From the NCBI GenBank assembly GCA_045600125.1, contig JAZRXH010000100.1:19974-83973 (forward strand): a stretch of DNA of 64,000 nucleotides. The letters are read 5' to 3'. The DNA comes from Eubacteriales bacterium. GTDB lineage: Bacteria; Bacillota; Clostridia; Oscillospirales; CAG-382. Numbering within the stretch: position 1 is the first letter of the stretch; each line of letters begins with the position of its first letter. A model generated the notes under the pieces. The model was not told the DNA's origin, did no database searches, and worked only from the letters and a program-made list of their open reading frames with translations. Made by a program: the position numbers and the translations under genes. Of the stretch, positions 46,519 to 55,683 are shown piece by piece.

Positions 46519-49290
46519 ATGCTTAACTGGTGCTTGTTTTCGAGGGAAGAACTGACAAAGCTCCTCGGAACGGATTTGGAAAAGGGTCTGTCGTCCGGAA
46601 CGGCGCTGCTGCGGACAGCGGTGCCGGCAAGCGCAGCAGAGAATATTTCCGGTTTCTTCCGTCCTGCGGTCCTTTTTGTAAAGTACCTTGCCGGGATGTT
46701 CACCGATATCGGGAATCTGCTGCTTATTTCGGCGGCGGTAATATTCGAGCTCAGCTCGGAAACGGGAAGTGCGGCACTGAACGTGATCGTGACTTTCTTC
46801 TTCCTTTGCGCCCTTTTGCGAGCCATCGCCGCTTATGTGGCGGAGTCCTATACCGGAAGACGGCTTTCCGATGACGAGTACCGGGTGCTGCGGGACGGCG
46901 TCGTGAAAAAGCTCCCCGCCTCCCGCCTTGTGAGGGGGGATGTGGTGATCCTCGGGAAGGGCGAGATCGTGCCCTTTGATATGCGCCTTTGCGAAACAGA
47001 GAATTTTTGCGTCATCGAGTTCTATAACGGCAAGCGTGCCAAGGCGGTCAACAAGGACGCCGCCTTCGAGCCGCTGAAAACCAAGGAAATATCCCTGCGT
47101 CTGAAGAAGAATATGGCGTTCCGTGGCTCCGCCGTTACCTCCGGTACGGCGCTTGCCGTGGTGACCGACCCCGAAATGAGCTTTGAAAAAGCCTCGAAAA
47201 CGCTCGGTATCCCAAGCAACCAGGCGGATTACTATACCGAAAATACCCGGTTCTCTTTCACCGGAACGAGAACGGTGCGCCGCAATTCCTTCGGGAATAC
47301 AGGTACCGGTGCGAGCGAATACGAAGGTTCCACGGAAAGCGAGATCGGTTCTGCATCGAGAAAACTGCGGATCCTGTCCCTCGTTTCCGGTTTTATCGTT
47401 CTGGCACTCACCGTCGCCTCCAAGGTGCTCATGTCCGACGCTTTTCTGTTCGCATCGGCGGTGATGGGATGCGTCCCGGCAGCGCTGTGCGACCTTTGCT
47501 CCGAAGCGGCGTTCGCCGTTGGCTGTGCAAGACTGAAAGGGCAGGGCATCCACGTCCGGGACTATGACAGCTGCGAGAAGCTGGTCATGTCGGACAGCGT
47601 TCTGTGCTCGGGAAGCACGGCGTACAGCGTGAGCAAAATGGTGGCGGAGGCATGCTATATCGGAAGAAACATCGAGTTCTCGAAAGAGAACGCCAGAAGC
47701 ATCAAGAGGCTTTCGGAATACCTCCTTTGCAGTGCCGACCTCTGGAGAACGAACGATAAAAACGGACTCCCCACCATCGAGGGCACGCTGGAAGGCCTTG
47801 CCTGCCTTGACGCCGCCAGAAGCATCGGCGCCGTGCAGAAGGGCGATGAGAGCGAATACATAGAGCATCTGTATGAATTCCGTGATATCAACGGCTCCCT
47901 CGGCGCCGTGCTTTGCGAACTCCATGGGAAGACCGTGCTCGTTACCAGAGGCAGCGTGAGCCGGATCCTGCGCAAGTGCGCCTACTATGAGTACGGCGAC
48001 GGCATCATCGCACCGCTCGATAAGGCAAAACGGGAAAGAGCGGCGGAGAACGCCAAGGCATACGAGAACAATGAAAGCTGCCGTGTCGTGGCGGTGGCGT
48101 ATAAGTATTCCAAAAACGCCAGGAAAACCGAGCAGGGAAGCGGCTTCGTCTTCGTGGGCTTCGTGGTCTTCGGCACGATCCAGGATTACAGCTCGGCAAA
48201 ATACGTGGGCATCCTGCGAAAATTCGGCATCACCCCCGTCATCTTCTCGGGTATCGCCTCGGATATGGTGCTTTCCGACGCCGAAAAGCTGGGCGTCATG
48301 ACCGAGGACGACAACTACCTAACCTTCAACAGCTTCTCGGCACTGGATGAAAAGATCTACGCCGACGATATAGACAGCTACACCGTCTATATGGGACTCG
48401 GCGCCATGCAGAAGCGAAGAGTGGTTCGGACGAAAAAATACAGCCGCAGTGTGGTGACGGCGGCAGTGGATAAGCCCGGCGACGCCTTCGACTTCTCGGA
48501 CAGCGACGTGCTGATGGCTTGCGGCGGGGACGTTTCGAGAACGCTCCGCAGGATCTGCGACGTGTACTCCGAAAGCAACGGTCTCGGCATTATCTTCCGC
48601 ACGGTGTGCATATGCCGGAATATCGTCCGCTGTTCCCTCCTTTCCGCCAGGTTCCTTGTGGCGTCCGCCTTTGCGTCGGTGTGCTTCGGACTTCTCTGCG
48701 CCTTCGGCTCCTTTGCACTGTCCGGCGCTCTGCCGGTGGAGGCGCCGGTGTTTGCGGCGTCGGTGCTTCTCTGCGACACCGTGTTCCTCGTGTTCTCGGC
48801 TTCCTCGAGAACGCCGAAGGACATCATCTCCTGCTCCCCCGAGAGCTTCGGCTCGTCGATGGACGTGTCGGGCGGCTTTGTGCGGATGGCGCTGGCGGGA
48901 GGCCTTTGCGGAACGGTTTCCTTCATATCTTATATGGTATCGCTGCTTGTTTCCAAGGACCCGGCGGTATCCTCCGCTTCGGCAGTGCTCACGTTTATCC
49001 TTTCCAAGTGCCCGGTGGCGATCTTCTCGGTACTGCCGAAGAACGTCCTGCGCCATAACGACGCACGGTACTCGGTGCGGGCGGGCGTCGGTATCTATGC
49101 CGCCGCCCTGACCATGATCCTGCTCCTCGGAAAGAAGGCTTTCCCCATAGGGCTCGGAAGTGCGTCTGCGACGGTCGCCGCCGTGGCGATCCTTCTCTCC
49201 TTCGTCCCCTTCGCCGTCGTGGAGCTTGTCAAGCGCTTCGGGAACGAGGATAAAGGCAAAAAGAGAAAAGGCAAAAAAGGCAGAAAGTGA
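46519..49290 (+). CDS. P-type-ATPase-like membrane protein with degenerate catalytic motifs (pseudo-ATPase)
   Basis: Cation-ATPase N-terminal-like LTKLLGTDLEKGLSSG, actuator strand LRDGVVKKLPASRLVRGDVVILGKGEIVPFDMRL, multiple TM helices. DKTGT is replaced by SGSTAY. Confidence 0.7.
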   Translation: MLNWCLFSREELTKLLGTDLEKGLSSGTALLRTAVPASAAENISGFFRPAVLFVKYLAGMFTDIGNLLLISAAVIFELSSETGSAALNVIVTFFFLCALLRAIAAYVAESYTGRRLSDDEYRVLRDGVVKKLPASRLVRGDVVILGKGEIVPFDMRLCETENFCVIEFYNGKRAKAVNKDAAFEPLKTKEISLRLKKNMAFRGSAVTSGTALAVVTDPEMSFEKASKTLGIPSNQADYYTENTRFSFTGTRTVRRNSFGNTGTGASEYEGSTESEIGSASRKLRILSLVSGFIVLALTVASKVLMSDAFLFASAVMGCVPAALCDLCSEAAFAVGCARLKGQGIHVRDYDSCEKLVMSDSVLCSGSTAYSVSKMVAEACYIGRNIEFSKENARSIKRLSEYLLCSADLWRTNDKNGLPTIEGTLEGLACLDAARSIGAVQKGDESEYIEHLYEFRDINGSLGAVLCELHGKTVLVTRGSVSRILRKCAYYEYGDGIIAPLDKAKRERAAENAKAYENNESCRVVAVAYKYSKNARKTEQGSGFVFVGFVVFGTIQDYSSAKYVGILRKFGITPVIFSGIASDMVLSDAEKLGVMTEDDNYLTFNSFSALDEKIYADDIDSYTVYMGLGAMQKRRVVRTKKYSRSVVTAAVDKPGDAFDFSDSDVLMACGGDVSRTLRRICDVYSESNGLGIIFRTVCICRNIVRCSLLSARFLVASAFASVCFGLLCAFGSFALSGALPVEAPVFAASVLLCDTVFLVFSASSRTPKDIISCSPESFGSSMDVSGGFVRMALAGGLCGTVSFISYMVSLLVSKDPAVSSASAVLTFILSKCPVAIFSVLPKNVLRHNDARYSVRAGVGIYAAALTMILLLGKKAFPIGLGSASATVAAVAILLSFVPFAVVELVKRFGNEDKGKKRKGKKGRK

Positions 49291-49364
49291 CTTTTGGAAA
49301 GTGCGTGAAAAGTAAGCGGGTAAACCGACCCGCCTATCCAAAATATTCGGAAAGGACGGTCAGA

Positions 49365-49748
49365 ATGGCACAGATTCAGGAATCCGGCGAGATGTATCTC
49401 GAAACGATCTATATTCTGTCAAAAGAAAATAAAAGCGTAAGGTCTGTGGACGTAGGGGAATTCATGGGCTTCTCGAAGCCCAGCGTCAGCCGTGCCATCG
49501 GTATTCTGAAGGACGGCGGCTTTGTGAGCGCCGACGCCTCCGGGAGTCTTTCCCTCACCGAGGCGGGGCTGGAGGTCGCCGGCAAGATCTACGAGCGCCA
49601 TACCGTCCTCACCGACTTTTTCGTCAGCATCGGCGTGGGGCGGGATTGCGCCGTCCGCGATGCCTGCAAGATGGAGCACGACATCAGCGACGAGTCCTTC
49701 CTCGCTATCAAAAACTTCGTTGCAAAGACCCGGGGCAAAAAGAAATAA
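49365..49748 (+). CDS. DtxR/MntR-family metal-dependent transcriptional repressor
   Basis: ESGEMYLETIYILSKENKSVRSVDVGEFMGFSKPSVSRAIGILKDGGFV wHTH plus dimerisation helix with His/Glu ligands (YERHTVL, KMEHDIS). Confidence 0.8.
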   Translation: MAQIQESGEMYLETIYILSKENKSVRSVDVGEFMGFSKPSVSRAIGILKDGGFVSADASGSLSLTEAGLEVAGKIYERHTVLTDFFVSIGVGRDCAVRDACKMEHDISDESFLAIKNFVAKTRGKKK

Positions 49749-49799
49749 GAGTGCGTTTTTCCGCATACCTCTTTTGAAGGCAAATGAAGACGAAAAATA

Positions 49800-49840
49800 C
49801 GGCTGAAAGGAAGAAAAGACCTTTCAGCCGCTTTTTTATT
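49800..49840. terminator. Bidirectional terminator (MntR-like / S1 protein genes)
   Basis: 11-bp stem CGGCTGAAAGG/CCTTTCAGCCG followed by CTTTTTTATT. Confidence 0.75.
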
Positions 49841-50771
49841 CGCCGTCGAACCGTGTTTCGATGAGCTTTTCGGAGGAGGGGGGAGAGTAGCGCCAGTGCC
49901 CGATGTGCTCCCCCTCAAAGAAATACTGCGGCACCTGAAAAGGCATCTCCACATTCTGTGTGTCCACAATGACCAGCTTCACCTTCATCTTTTCGGGAAG
50001 GATGCTCTTTATGTACACGGCGGCGCTCTGTCCCTCGGTGATGCCGCCCCGCCACTCCGCAAGCCCCGCAAGATTCGGTGCAAGCTCCACGAAAATGCCG
50101 TAGGGCTCGATGCTCCGCACGATACCCGCCGCCGTTTCGCCGGGAGAAAACCGATCGGCGTTTTCCTGCCACGTGCCGAGAAGCTCCTTGTGGGAAAGGG
50201 TGATCCGCCCGTATTCGTCCGCACCGCTCTTTACCACGGCACGGATGTACTGCCCCACGAAAAAGCGGTCGGCGGGGCTGCGGATCCTCGAGACCGAGAT
50301 GCAGTCCACCGACAGAAGCGAAACGATGCCGCAGCCAATGTCGCAGAAGGCGCCGAAAGGCTCGATGTGGGTAATCTTGGCATCGATGACGTCCCCCGGC
50401 ACAAGGCGGGAAATATAGTCGCCGTAGCATTCCTCCTGCGCAAGCCGCCTTGACAGAAGCACCGTCACGCCGCGCTCCTCCTGCCGGATCTCGGTGATCT
50501 TCACCGCCACCGCCTTCCCGACTCTCGTGATCACCGCAATATCCCGCACGGGAAGATCTCCAACCGTCATCTGCACCTCGCTTCTCGGGATGATGCCGGT
50601 GAAAGTGCCGAGCTCCACGGTGAGAGCACCGCTGCGGTCGCACTTCGTCACGAGTCCCTCCAGCGTCAGTTTTTCCGAATGGGCGTATTCGAGCCCCTGC
50701 AGACCGGACGTCAGCTCCCGGTTCCTTGCACTGCTTATCCCTGCCCCCTCGGGCATGTATTTTTCTTGCAT
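49836..50771 (-). CDS. S1 RNA-binding domain protein (three S1/OB repeats)
   Basis: GDVIDAKITHIEPFGAFCDIG and GETAAGIVRSIEPYGIFVELA S1 signatures. Start set at MQEKYMPEG behind GAAAGGAAG. Confidence 0.75.
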   Translation of the reverse strand: MQEKYMPEGAGISSARNRELTSGLQGLEYAHSEKLTLEGLVTKCDRSGALTVELGTFTGIIPRSEVQMTVGDLPVRDIAVITRVGKAVAVKITEIRQEERGVTVLLSRRLAQEECYGDYISRLVPGDVIDAKITHIEPFGAFCDIGCGIVSLLSVDCISVSRIRSPADRFFVGQYIRAVVKSGADEYGRITLSHKELLGTWQENADRFSPGETAAGIVRSIEPYGIFVELAPNLAGLAEWRGGITEGQSAAVYIKSILPEKMKVKLVIVDTQNVEMPFQVPQYFFEGEHIGHWRYSPPSSEKLIETRFDGE

Positions 50772-50903
50772 GATTTTCTTCCTTTCTGCTTTTGCCATAG
50801 ATAGATGGTGAAAAGATTCGGCTCGCCGACTCTTTGGATTCTGTTCATCCTATGCGCATTTTGCTTTATACAGAACCGCTCTGATGCTTTGAGAGGGGCA
50901 ATT

Positions 50904-50925
50904 CTTCAAAAATGCTTCAAAAATG
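50904..50925. repeat. Perfect tandem 11-bp duplication CTTCAAAAATG x2 upstream of surface-protein promoter
   Basis: Read directly at 50904-50914 and 50915-50925. Ends 33 nt upstream of the -35 hexamer. Confidence 0.9.
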
Positions 50926-50958
50926 CAGACGTGTATACCGTTTTTTACCTTTTCGGAC

Positions 50959-50987
50959 TTGACACAGGCGTCGGAAGGTTGTATACT
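50959..50987 (+). promoter_or_regulatory. Promoter of large secreted repeat protein gene
   Basis: TTGACA - 17 nt - TATACT. 41-nt leader with AAAGGAGAA RBS. Confidence 0.5.
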
Positions 50988-51034
50988 GAATCTGTATAGG
51001 TGTACTTTCGCATACCATGAAAGGAGAACTTCTC

Positions 51035-54000
51035 ATGAAAACTATGAAAAGATCTTTCTGTATCCTTGTCTGCATCGCCATGCTGCTTTCGGCGTTCCCG
51101 TTTTGCGCTTCGGCGTCGGAGACCGAGATTCATGTCGTTTCCTGGTCCGAGCTTCAGAGCGCTCTTGCCTCTTTGACCGTTTCCGACATTGTGTTGGACC
51201 GGGACATTACCTATATGGTCCCTGACGGACTCGATACTTATGCGAATGTCTTTCTGAAGGTAAACGGAACGAAAAAACTCAATCTTGGCGGAAACACGCT
51301 GAAATTTCTGCTTTACAGCGAAGAGGAAGCTTCCATTTTCACCGGAGCACCGGGCAGGCACATGATTGAACTGAACGAGGGAAGTTATTTCTCTGTTCAG
51401 GACGGAACCCTCGAGTACGTCCGATACGACAACCTCGCAATCAACTTATCCACGGCAGCGATCTATGTAGGAAACGACGCTTACCTTATCACCAGGGACG
51501 TCGATGTGACTACGACCAGTGTGGGCTGCCCGGTCATTTTGGGCGGTCAGAGGGCATCGGCACGCCTCAGCGGAGGTACCTTCTGCGCAAACACGTCCTG
51601 GGCGGTATGCACCTTCGGCATGGCGAACGGCGACAAGACCCTGATCCTTGACGGCGACGTGACGCTCCGTACCTTCGATAATTCCGGCATACATTATCTT
51701 GGCGCCTTTATCGCCGACGGAACGAGCCGCGGAGGTCTTATTGCTCAGAGTACCGATATCGACATCGATATGGCGACTATCTGCGGCGGCGTGAATCTGC
51801 TCGGTTATGACTCGATCCCGGATGCCTTTTCTCCCGATACGCACTACGTGACCCTTGCGGGAGAAGCACAGACCGACACCTCGTATTTCGCTTCCGTATA
51901 TGATGTTTTCAAATTCGTCGGAGACGGCGCCGTATTGCCGGATCAGGTCCTTCGCATAATCGATAAGACGCATAAATACAAAGTGACCGAAAAAGCGGCG
52001 CAGTACGGCAGTTTCCGGGTTTCGACTTTTTTGGCTGCACAGGCTGAGACCGTGAACGTCACGACAGATCCGATCACCGGCGCCGAAACGGCTTCCGTTT
52101 CCGTAAAGACCGCCGACGGGCAGGACGTCCCGGTGACCGAGACCTCCGAGAACCGGTATTCGTTCGTCATGCCGGCAGGCGACGTAACGGTCAGCGCCGT
52201 TTTTTCGGAAATCGGCGTGAATATTCCGTATCTTCACGAAACGGAACCTCCCGTCCGCTACGCTGTGAATAAGGCAGACGTGACCTTTAATGCCGCTATG
52301 GCGGGTACCTATTACTGGCACTACGACCGGGAAAAAGTGGAAAATGCCGCTGAATCGGATTATACGGCGACCATGCGTGCCGGGAAGAACAAGCTTCCCG
52401 AAGCCTTCGTTGGCTACATGGGCGGCAGTGACGAATTCAAGGTCTACGTAAGAGGAAGAAGCGTCTTCGGACGGCTCGGCAACATCCTCGAGCTCACCGT
52501 CCCGGCTCTTGACGTTCCGCCCGTATTGACGGATCTTTTGGCAGAGCGTTCTTCCGAAACCGGGGTTTCCGCTTCCTTTACCTCCAGTGCAAACGGCAAA
52601 TATTACGTCTCTTACTCGAGAGCCGACGTCGTAAACGCTTCTTATTCCGATTTCACTTATACCTTGCAGGAGGGAGAAAACGAAATACCCGACTCCTTCT
52701 TCATCAATTTCTCCGGTAAGCAGGCACAGACTGTCTATGTCCGTGCGGTGGGCGAAAACGGAGCCTTCGGCGATATCGAGGAGATTTATATCCCCGCCTA
52801 CGGCTTTGCCCTGAGCATCGTTTATCTTGAAAGAGTATCTCCGGATGAGGCGACTCTTGTCTTCTCCTCCGAAGCCGCCGGAAAATACCGGACCGCTTTC
52901 CAGGAAAGATATGTTTCCTCGACCAATACAAGCGATTACACGACGGCGATGGTCGCCGGGGAGAATACCGTGTCGGGTCTTACGGCTCTCATGGGACAGA
53001 GCGGACTCGTGCTGTATCTGCGTGCTTACCGTTCGGCGGAACGGGACTTCTCGGACATCGTTGCCATCCCGATTCCGGACTATGACGGGACCGCACTCGG
53101 AAGCATCGCCGTAACGAAGATGCCGGCTGTGTACGATTACCTTACGGGAGACAGCTTTGACCCTTCCGGCATGGAGGTCACGGCGACCTATCACGACGGC
53201 ACGACGAAGGTGGTCAATGCCGAGGTCACCGACGGCTCGCACCTCTCCTTCGGACAGACCTCTGTCACTCTCGAATACGTCGAAAACGGGATCATCAAAA
53301 AGACCTCCTGCCCGATCACCGTTACGCCCCGCTATCTGCCGGTGCTGACCGATATCACGGCAGAGCGTTATTCCGAGTCCATGGCGGGCGTTTCGTTCCG
53401 TTCGAACGTTTCCGGCACCTATCTTGCGACCTTTACGCAAAGCGCCGCCGATAATGCGGCTTCGGCTTCCTATACGATTCCGTTGACGGAGGGCGTGAAC
53501 GAGGTGCCTTCTGCGCTTCTTTCGTCGCTTTCCGGCATCACCGCCCGTACTCTGTATATCCGCGCCATGAGCTTCGACGGTTACCCCGGCGAAACGGTGG
53601 CGGTACGGATCCCCTCGTACGGCTTTGAGCAGACGGTCGTGTACGTTGAAAGAACGTCGCCCTCCGCTGCAACGGTGATCTTCCACTCCGAAGCGGCAGG
53701 AAAGTACAGAGTAGCCTTCCAGAAAAACAACGTGACCTCCACGAGCCCCGCCGATTACAACCGGGACATGATCGCCGGTGAAAACACCGTCTCGGGACTT
53801 ACCGCCCTTACCGGACAGACCGGTCTCGTTCTGTACCTGCGGGCTCGCAAGACGGATACGGGCGACTATTCCGACATTCTTGAAATTCCCATCCCCGACT
53901 ACGACGAGCACGGGCTGAAGAGCATTGCGATTACCAAAGTGCCCGACCGCATGGATTACTTCGAGGGCGAACCGTTCGATCCTGCGGGAATGGAAGTCAC

Positions 54001-55357
54001 GGCGACCTATAACGACGGCACGACGAAAACAGTCGCCGCCGATGCGAAGGACGGATACAGCCTTGTCGGCGGACAGACCTCGGTCACCCTCGAGTATACC
54101 GAAAAGGGCGTCATAAAGAGAGCAATCCAGACTATAAGCGTTACCCCCGCTTCGGATTTTTACAACGTCTACGTGAACGGTATCCGCTTCAATGACATCA
54201 ACGCCGTAAGCGGCATCAGGTGCGGCGACGGCATTGCGACCCTCCGCCTTGTCGATACCGAGGACTTCTTCGGCTATGTCCTTACTCTTGACAACGCCCA
54301 TATCACAAGAGCGCCCTGCTCGGATTCCGCCGGCTTTGCCGCCGGTATCGAAACAGCGGGCTCTGTAAAAGTCGAGCTTATCGGCGACAGCGTGATCGAC
54401 GTTGTGAACAACGAAGATCCGAGCACCCCCGCATGCGGCATCTTTTCGGGAAGCGATATCTCCTTCATCGAAGGTCCCGACGGACCCGGAAGCCTCACGA
54501 TCAACGTCAGCGGCATCAGTGAAGAAAAGTACGGCATATTCAGCTTTTACACTCTTACCGTTGAAGAAGGCACAGAGCTCTATTTGAACGTCGATAAAGC
54601 GAATGCTATGGTAATGGGTATTTCCGAAAGCGACGGTGTCTTTTCCAACAGCGGTAAGATTACCGTATCGGTCGGGGACAGCGGCATGTGCGTCAGAGGC
54701 ATCGAAACGGGCTCACAGCTCGTCAATGACGGCATTCTCAACGTGCAGGCGGGAAAGACCGACGGTGAAGCCGAGGAGTCCTGCATCGGCATCCGCACCC
54801 GCAATTTTACCAATAACGGTACGGTCAACGCTTACGCAGGCTTCGGCGGGATCGAATCCTACGGTATCGTCTCGGAGGAAGGCTTCGTGCTCTCGGAGGG
54901 CTCGCACACTGCGGCTTCCGGACTTACGGCGGCAACGTACTTCTGCCCGTGGGATGACTCGATGACCTACAGCATCCACCCGAGCCTTACGGTCCTCGGA
55001 AGCACCGACACTTCGGCTTCTTCGCCCGTTCCCGCTTCCTTCAATGGCAACTTCCCCATGATCGGGGACGATCCGGCGACCTACGTTGCCGTTTCGGACT
55101 TCGCACCTTATGTGGAAATCAAGGACGGCGTCTGCAGCGGCTTCCTTCGCGGCACATCTGCCGAGGGCGCACTGCTTATAACCGTATGCTATGACGAAAA
55201 CGGAAAGGCGGAAGACATCTCCGTTACGCTCGTCGACGCCTTCGGATGCGCTTCGGCTGTACCGGAAACGGGAGAAGAAACGGTCCTTGTGAAGGCGATG
55301 CTGCTGGACAAGAACCTTGCGCCTCTTTGCGTAAGCGCCGAAGCCGCCGCCTTTTGA
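51035..55357 (+). CDS. Large secreted multi-domain protein (N- and C-proximal beta-helix-like regions, FN3/Ig-like repeats, Big_3-like domains)
   Basis: Signal peptide MKTMKRSFCILVCIAMLLSAFPFCASA. Internal 273-aa tandem duplication. Y-x-x-G-x-x-FDP-x-GMEVTATY-x-DGTTK motifs. No LPXTG, SLH or choline-binding anchor seen. Confidence 0.75.
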   Translation: MKTMKRSFCILVCIAMLLSAFPFCASASETEIHVVSWSELQSALASLTVSDIVLDRDITYMVPDGLDTYANVFLKVNGTKKLNLGGNTLKFLLYSEEEASIFTGAPGRHMIELNEGSYFSVQDGTLEYVRYDNLAINLSTAAIYVGNDAYLITRDVDVTTTSVGCPVILGGQRASARLSGGTFCANTSWAVCTFGMANGDKTLILDGDVTLRTFDNSGIHYLGAFIADGTSRGGLIAQSTDIDIDMATICGGVNLLGYDSIPDAFSPDTHYVTLAGEAQTDTSYFASVYDVFKFVGDGAVLPDQVLRIIDKTHKYKVTEKAAQYGSFRVSTFLAAQAETVNVTTDPITGAETASVSVKTADGQDVPVTETSENRYSFVMPAGDVTVSAVFSEIGVNIPYLHETEPPVRYAVNKADVTFNAAMAGTYYWHYDREKVENAAESDYTATMRAGKNKLPEAFVGYMGGSDEFKVYVRGRSVFGRLGNILELTVPALDVPPVLTDLLAERSSETGVSASFTSSANGKYYVSYSRADVVNASYSDFTYTLQEGENEIPDSFFINFSGKQAQTVYVRAVGENGAFGDIEEIYIPAYGFALSIVYLERVSPDEATLVFSSEAAGKYRTAFQERYVSSTNTSDYTTAMVAGENTVSGLTALMGQSGLVLYLRAYRSAERDFSDIVAIPIPDYDGTALGSIAVTKMPAVYDYLTGDSFDPSGMEVTATYHDGTTKVVNAEVTDGSHLSFGQTSVTLEYVENGIIKKTSCPITVTPRYLPVLTDITAERYSESMAGVSFRSNVSGTYLATFTQSAADNAASASYTIPLTEGVNEVPSALLSSLSGITARTLYIRAMSFDGYPGETVAVRIPSYGFEQTVVYVERTSPSAATVIFHSEAAGKYRVAFQKNNVTSTSPADYNRDMIAGENTVSGLTALTGQTGLVLYLRARKTDTGDYSDILEIPIPDYDEHGLKSIAITKVPDRMDYFEGEPFDPAGMEVTATYNDGTTKTVAADAKDGYSLVGGQTSVTLEYTEKGVIKRAIQTISVTPASDFYNVYVNGIRFNDINAVSGIRCGDGIATLRLVDTEDFFGYVLTLDNAHITRAPCSDSAGFAAGIETAGSVKVELIGDSVIDVVNNEDPSTPACGIFSGSDISFIEGPDGPGSLTINVSGISEEKYGIFSFYTLTVEEGTELYLNVDKANAMVMGISESDGVFSNSGKITVSVGDSGMCVRGIETGSQLVNDGILNVQAGKTDGEAEESCIGIRTRNFTNNGTVNAYAGFGGIESYGIVSEEGFVLSEGSHTAASGLTAATYFCPWDDSMTYSIHPSLTVLGSTDTSASSPVPASFNGNFPMIGDDPATYVAVSDFAPYVEIKDGVCSGFLRGTSAEGALLITVCYDENGKAEDISVTLVDAFGCASAVPETGEETVLVKAMLLDKNLAPLCVSAEAAAF
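52520..54157 (+). repeat. In-frame tandem duplication, 2 x 819 nt (273 aa), inside the surface-protein gene
   Basis: Unit 1 PVLTDLLAERSSETGVSASF...ITVTPRYL and unit 2 PVLTDITAERYSESMAGVSF...ISVTPASD align collinearly, roughly half the residues identical by eye. A third partial copy of the first subdomain lies at ~52247-52519. Confidence 0.85.
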
Positions 55358-55404
55358 ACGTTCCATGCCGGGAAAACGGCAGTATAAAGGTATAAACAAC
55401 GAAA

Positions 55405-55440
55405 GAAAAGTGACTGCGACGGCGGTCACTTTTCTTCTTT
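55405..55440 (+). terminator. Rho-independent terminator after surface-protein gene
   Basis: 10-bp stem GAAAAGTGAC/GTCACTTTTC followed by TTCTTT. Confidence 0.55.
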
Positions 55441-55552
55441 AGTACGGCGCCCGTGCCCATTCATCCCGACCTTCGGCTCGGGATGAAAGATCCCCCCGGA
55501 AAAATCCTCGTAAATTCCTATCGCAAAAATGCAAAAAGTTTCCTTTCGGGTG

Positions 55553-55581
55553 TTTACATTTTGCCCGATTTGTGGTATACT
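55553..55581 (+). promoter_or_regulatory. Promoter of DUF951-prfA-tsaC unit
   Basis: TTTACA - 17 nt - TGgTATACT. Confidence 0.45.
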
Positions 55582-55683
55582 ACTTTATTATAGAGATTAA
55601 CATAGGCTGTTAATACGGTAAGCACCGAAAGGACGGGGAGAAGTACGGAAATCAAAAGATTTGCCATCGGCGATACGCTGGTC

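Noticed and set aside
50799-51034. Invertible promoter (inverton) controlling the giant surface protein.
   Set aside because: Only 7-bp inverted matches (TATACAG/CTGTATA) flank the promoter, there are no long inverted repeats, and no site-specific recombinase is nearby.
55461-55486. 9-bp hairpin TCATCCCGA-N8-TCGGGATGA downstream of the surface-protein gene.
   Set aside because: It has no U-tract on either strand, and a better terminator lies just upstream (55405-55440). It is probably incidental.
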